A stretch of DNA of 62,245 nucleotides, the filler included. It is 4 parts of 4 records of this genome, joined end to end, with 100 filler letters (N's around TTAATTAATTAA, not from the genome) between each part and the next. Parts side by side here need not be neighbours in the genome. Positions count along the whole stretch, not along the records: positions 52,673 to 62,245 come from SRR31156797_474; 3 more parts are not named here. One strand, written 5' to 3'. The translations under genes and the position numbers were made by a program. Below the pieces are notes generated by a model. It saw only the letters and a program-made list of their open reading frames with translations, had not been told where the DNA came from and searched no databases. Shown one piece after another: positions 59,660 through 62,245 of the stretch. Every line of letters begins with the position of its first letter. Position 1 is the first letter of the stretch.

Positions 59660-61837
59660 TCAGGGCTTTTTTACCTTCTTTTTGGGCTTGTGAAACCGTT
59701 TTTGCCGGGTTTTTAACAATTCCGGGCGCAGGGCCGATCCCCGGCCGGACAGGCTGGGGTTGGTCATGAAAAAGTTATGGGCATTGAAGATTTCCTTGTC
59801 CGGGACGGTGCGGGTGTAGGTGCCGTCATTATTCAGTGTCCAGCTTTGTTCATTATCCCTTAAATTGGCCACCATAATTTGATCCAGGATCTGGCGGTGG
59901 ACCGTGGGGGTGAGGATGGGTACCAGGGTTTCAATACGCCGGTCAAGGTTTCTGGGCATCCAGTCTGCCGAGGATATATACACCTTGGCATGGGGGGACG
60001 GCAGTTCATGACCGTTGCCAAAGCAGGCAATTCTGGAGTGTTCCAGAAACCGGCCTACAATGGATTTTACCCGTATGTTTTCGCTGAGTCCGGGGATGCC
60101 GGGTCGCAGGCAGCAGATGCCCCGGATTACAAGGTCTACACTGACTCCTGCCTGGGATGCCTGGTAGAGTGTGTCAATGATCACAGGATCCACAAGGGAA
60201 TTCATTTTTACCCAGATATGGGCAGGCTGCCCCTGTTGGGCAAATTCGATTTCCTTTTGTATATTTTCAATGATGCGTTTGCGCAGGGTCAGGGGCGCAA
60301 TATCTAAAATTTTAAGGTTCGCCGGTTTTGCATATCCGGTCATATAGTTGAAAATCTGCATCACTTCCGCGCAGATTTGCGGATCATGGGTAAAAAAGGA
60401 GAGATCCGTGTAAATTTTGGCTGTGATGGGATGATAGTTGCCTGTGCCAAGGTGGGCATAGGATGTGAACTTGCCGTCTTCCCTGCGCACAACCAGGGAG
60501 AGCTTGGCGTGGGTTTTCAGGTCAATGATGCCGTAGACCACCTGGGCCCCTGCAAGTTCCAGTTTCCTAGCCAGTTCAATGTTGGCCTCTTCATCAAACC
60601 GCGCCTTGAGTTCAACCATGGCGGTCACATTAATTCCCGCCTCTGCCGCTTCCACCAGGGCCTGGACAATGGGAGAATCCTTGCTGGTGCGGTAAAGCGT
60701 CTGCTTGATGGAAATCACTGAGCTGTCCTGGCTGGCCTGACGGATGAACTGGACCACCACATCAAAGCTTTCATAGGGGTGGTGAACGATAATATCCTTT
60801 TTTAAGATGGCTTCAAAACAGTTCCCGCCAAAATCCCGGATACGTTCCGGGAACCTGGCATGGTATTTTTTAAACATCAGATCCGGGCGGTCATCACAGA
60901 TCAGTTCCTTGATGGCAGACAGTTCCACATGATCTGATTTGAACACATCTTCAGTGTTCATCTCAAATTGATTTGTGATAAAGGTGGTTAAATTGTCCGG
61001 CATGCCGGTATCCACCAGCAGGCGGATTACATTGCCCCGGCGGCGACGGTTCAAGGCCGATTGGAACGTGCGTACAAGGTCTTCAGCAGCCTCATCAATT
61101 TCAAGTTCTGAATCGCGGATTGCCTGAAAAACCCCTGATCCCGCCAACCGGTATCCAGGGAACAGGTGATCATAGAACATGCTGATGACCGACACCAGGC
61201 GGATGAAGCGGATGGACTTGCCGGGTATCCTTATGTACCGTTTGATCTGGGAAGGAAGGATTACAAGGGCAAACATGACATCCCCGCTCTCTTCATCTAA
61301 AAGATCCATGATCATGCCATGGCCCAGGTTGGGAATAAAGGGGAAGGGATGGGCAGGGTCCACAGCAAGGGGGCTGAGCACGGGGAACAGTTTTGTCTGA
61401 AACTCTATGAGCAGGTTTTTCCGGTCCTCCATGGTAAGCTGCTCGGGTTTGACAATAAAAACATTGGCCGCCTCAAGGTCACTGGTCAGCCCCCTGATGC
61501 ATTCCCGGGTGATGTCGTTGAGCTTGATGACGGCTTCTTCTATAGCCTTAAGTTGTTCCGACGGAGTCATATTGTCCGGGCTGGCACTTCTTGCGCCTTT
61601 GTTTACCTGGGCCTTGAGACCCGCCACCCGGACCATGAAAAATTCGTCCAGATTGGATGCGGAAATGGACAGAAAACGCACACGTTCCATCAGGGGATGG
61701 TTGGGGTTCAGGGCTTCTTCAAGGACCCTGCGATTGAACTGGAGCCAGGAAAGTTCCCTATTAATATAGCGATTGGCTGTGGGCAAATCAGCGGATTCTT
61801 CTATATTGATTTCCTTCACATTTGTTTCTGTTTGCAT
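59660..61837 (-). CDS. ppk1: Polyphosphate kinase 1
   Basis: [78 protein letters not shown]. Confidence 0.97.
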   Translation of the reverse strand: MQTETNVKEINIEESADLPTANRYINRELSWLQFNRRVLEEALNPNHPLMERVRFLSISASNLDEFFMVRVAGLKAQVNKGARSASPDNMTPSEQLKAIEEAVIKLNDITRECIRGLTSDLEAANVFIVKPEQLTMEDRKNLLIEFQTKLFPVLSPLAVDPAHPFPFIPNLGHGMIMDLLDEESGDVMFALVILPSQIKRYIRIPGKSIRFIRLVSVISMFYDHLFPGYRLAGSGVFQAIRDSELEIDEAAEDLVRTFQSALNRRRRGNVIRLLVDTGMPDNLTTFITNQFEMNTEDVFKSDHVELSAIKELICDDRPDLMFKKYHARFPERIRDFGGNCFEAILKKDIIVHHPYESFDVVVQFIRQASQDSSVISIKQTLYRTSKDSPIVQALVEAAEAGINVTAMVELKARFDEEANIELARKLELAGAQVVYGIIDLKTHAKLSLVVRREDGKFTSYAHLGTGNYHPITAKIYTDLSFFTHDPQICAEVMQIFNYMTGYAKPANLKILDIAPLTLRKRIIENIQKEIEFAQQGQPAHIWVKMNSLVDPVIIDTLYQASQAGVSVDLVIRGICCLRPGIPGLSENIRVKSIVGRFLEHSRIACFGNGHELPSPHAKVYISSADWMPRNLDRRIETLVPILTPTVHRQILDQIMVANLRDNEQSWTLNNDGTYTRTVPDKEIFNAHNFFMTNPSLSGRGSALRPELLKTRQKRFHKPKKKVKKP

Positions 61838-62042
61838 TTATGTTCCGGCGCTCCTTTAGCAATCATATGTCATTTCCGTTCTATTTTGAGCCAAAATAGT
61901 GTTGTATGTATATCAGTAAATTACTAAAATTGTGTTAGCGCCGAGCCAAAATTAATATTTATGATATCAGGTCTAACTATATTGATAACACCTTTAAAAA
62001 ACAGTCAATAGTTTTAGCTAAGGCATTTTAAAAGAAGATTTT

Positions 62043-62221
62043 ATGACAGATATAGTGGGCGGGGAGTCGGACGATTTTCACCGTGCGCGGCCCATTTTTA
62101 AGACCATGGGCATGAAAACCCCGGGCCTGGATTGGCCTACACCCTTTATGAACGGATGACGGATGGAGGACCAGGGGGCGGATTAAAGGGCACCCAGGCG
62201 CTGTTTCATCTGTTTGAATAA
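62043..62221 (+). pseudogene. Degenerate remnant of a beta-hydroxyacid dehydrogenase (GarR/MmsB family) gene
   Basis: IVGGESDDFHRARPIFKTMG joined to MKTPGLD, then a frameshift into AYTLYERM...GTQALFHLFE*. Confidence 0.55.
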
Positions 62222-62245
62222 CGGCCATGGGCCGACCTGACATAT

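Noticed and set aside
62028-62243. 71-aa minus-strand ORF at the window end
   Set aside because: The plus strand carries recognisable dehydrogenase remnants, so the minus-strand ORF is probably spurious.
1-62245. CRISPR array or cas genes accompanying the CHAT protease (type III-E-like)
   Set aside because: I saw no regularly spaced direct repeats and no cas-like ORFs in any contig.

Overview
This window is not one continuous genome. It is four unrelated contigs joined by artificial 100-nt spacers (44 N + TTAATTAATTAA + 44 N) at 21581-21680, 37339-37438 and 52573-52672. Taxonomic calls below are inferred from composition, promoter motifs and gene content, not from a database search. Contig A (1-21580, mid-GC, Desulfobacterota-like) holds the 3' end of an integron-type integrase; an operon of a giant PPDK-like dikinase lacking its pyruvate domain, an atypical GAPDH and a membrane-anchored EHD/dynamin-like NTPase; then polA, radical SAM, a CoA-dehydratase activase pair, Rne/Rng, M48 peptidase, a DapA-family aldolase and a small protein/nucleotidyltransferase pair. 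Contig B (21681-37338, AT-rich, Campylobacterota/Arcobacter-like) holds pckA, fbp, nspC, ruvB, panB, trpA, an atypical tRNA-Glu and several signalling genes. Contig C (37439-52572, Bacteroidota) holds a beta-propeller sensor kinase, alkaline phosphatase, a candidate sRNA, PAP2, lptF-like, ribBA, anmK, fmt, and a signal-peptide tail-collar protein paired with a T9SS cargo. Contig D (52673-62245, Desulfobacteraceae-like) holds ppk1 flanked by gene remnants and the best candidate for an undescribed system. That candidate is a co-oriented cluster of TPR/Ig lipoprotein, ECF sigma factor, soluble zinc-finger anti-sigma, membrane-anchored caspase-like CHAT protease with a periplasmic CsgG/FlgT-like module, and a FadL-like outer-membrane barrel. 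It reads as a trans-envelope proteolytic signalling cascade.
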